Assembly: GCF_009834535.1 (NCBI RefSeq)
Contig: NC_045697.1
Span: 78,680,001 to 78,744,000 of the forward strand
Direction: 5' to 3'
Source: Camelus ferus
Taxonomy: Eukaryota
Length of the DNA: 64,000 nt
The position numbers and the translations under genes are program-made. Shown here in pieces: positions 62,405-64,000 of this stretch (positions are counted from its first letter, which is position 1; every line of letters starts with the position of its first letter). The notes under the pieces were generated by a model that had not been told where the DNA came from, did not search any database, and saw nothing but the letters and a program-made list of their open reading frames with translations.

Positions 62405-64000
62405 AGCAGAGGCGTGACATCACCTTTCTTATGTTTTAAGGGTCACTGTTGCTGCTGTTTTGAAAAGAAGTTGTAGGCTTGAAGAAAGGTCGAAGATCAA
62501 AGCATAAAAACCAGGATTTCTTGAAATATGGATGACTAAAGAATCCAGAAACAAAATTAGTGCAACAAAACAGTGGAAAAAATAATTATGAAAGAAACAT
62601 TCACTTCATGAGAAATTACATACAAATATTCATTATGTAGAAATACAAGTTCTATGTAGAAGAAAATTATAGTCCTGCTCCAGACTTAATGCATAAATAG
62701 AAATGCAATCAATGCAGGTTTTCTGACCTATATTCTAGTTTTAAGAAAAACAAATTTAAAAGAGTTGGGAAAAAAACAAGAAACCACACCATTGTGTCAG
62801 CCCTGATGAATCAAACTGCCTGGTAGTTTCTGTCGCCACTCTCTCACAATCTTTGAAATTGATTGCTGTATGAAATTGGGCTCCTTGGAGTCTTGGATCT
62901 CACAATGGTTTCAGAGGAAAAAAAATGACTCACTGTTTATTTAACAACATGAGTTAATTTGTCAAAAAGAAGGTCACTTAACAAGGTAATTTATCATCTT
63001 CTACCACATATAATGCTCCTATTCCAAGTTCTCTAAAGAAAACACTAAAATCTACCATCTCCTAGATAAAAAATTAAATGAATGAGGAAGTGGCCATGGG
63101 AGGGTCTGTAAGAGGGAAAATATACTTTGTTTAACTGGACTTCATATGAAAAACTGGAACAGGATTTTCTAAAGGACTCAGACCTTTTAACCATATTCTT
63201 CTAATTTTGAATCCTCTCGTTCTACATCTTTCCTTTCCTTGTAAGAAGCTGAAAGTTAGCTGAGCTTAAAACTGCTTAGATTAGATTTACATATTTTTTT
63301 TAAAAATTGTAAAGCAATTAAAAACATTTCTTAAACCAACCTTTTTTTTTGTTTGCTTGTTCTTGTCCCCTATAAAGGCATAAACACACACATTACACTA
63401 CAGATTTTTTAATTTTCTGATTCTAAAGCTACTTTTTTCTCCCCAACATCTATATAAAGCTCCTTTGTTAATCATTATAGCTATTTTCCTTACTCTCTTA
63501 GTATTTCACAGTCTTTCTATGGAGGCCTTAAGAAGGAAAATGTAATTTCTTTCACTATGTAGTCATTTAATACAATTTGGGATTGTTGATTTTTCCCTTA
63601 CCTATCCTATGCTATAGCATTATGATAGTAAAACACTACCATCAAATTAAGAATTATATGTGCAGAATTAAACCATCTTATATTATCAACTGGAAAATAT
63701 ACCATAGTAAAAAATGTGACCATTAAACTGTTTGTTGAATAACATGCCTATAAAAAGAAAACAGTTTAGATTTAGGTTGATAGTTATATAGAGTGAAAGA
63801 AATGTTTGGATGTTCTTTGGGATTATTCATTTCAACAAAGTCTGTCATGCTCAATAAGTTCCAAATGACAGTGTGGGAACATGTGAAATTGAAATTAGAC
63901 TGCTGGAGAAATCTAAGAGGAGAAACAGAAACTCAGAACATGCTATGCATGATCCTCAGCCAAGTCTTAGACTATCATTTTCATTATCAGTCATCCGATA

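Noticed and set aside
1..64000. All ORFs in the six-frame track as protein-coding genes
   Set aside because: All are 149 aa or shorter, many use non-ATG starts, several are low-complexity or lie in repeats, and none resembles a protein I recognise apart from L1 remnants.
1..64000. Naming the host gene
   Set aside because: No recognisable coding exon is present; any gene symbol would be a guess.

Overview
AT-rich, CpG-depleted mammalian (eutherian) nuclear DNA, intronic or intergenic. I found no protein-coding gene, RNA gene or CRISPR array, and none of the listed ORFs looks like a real protein. Much of the window is decayed ancient repeats: MIR, L2, MaLR (MLT1), LTR16, hAT-Charlie MERs, a Tigger-type MITE, a hAT-Tip100 (Zaphod/MER115-like) transposase fossil and several L1 pieces. 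Repeat families were assigned by eye from remembered consensus motifs, not by a RepeatMasker run, and most repeat boundaries are approximate. I saw no Alu, B1/B2, Can-SINE, CHR/Bov or PRE-1 SINE, while two tiny L1 3' ends look cetartiodactyl; a camelid-like genome is my inference. Between the repeats lie several repeat-free, motif-rich blocks that resemble conserved non-coding/enhancer sequence of a large gene locus, which I cannot name. The best leads are a convergent pair of CTCF-like sites, an L1 whose ORF1 is joined directly to the ORF2 C-terminus and which sits inside an older L1, a hAT transposase fossil inside a MIR, a perfect 16-bp duplication doubling an AP-1 site, and a few candidate exons. 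I did not find evidence for a previously undescribed biological system.
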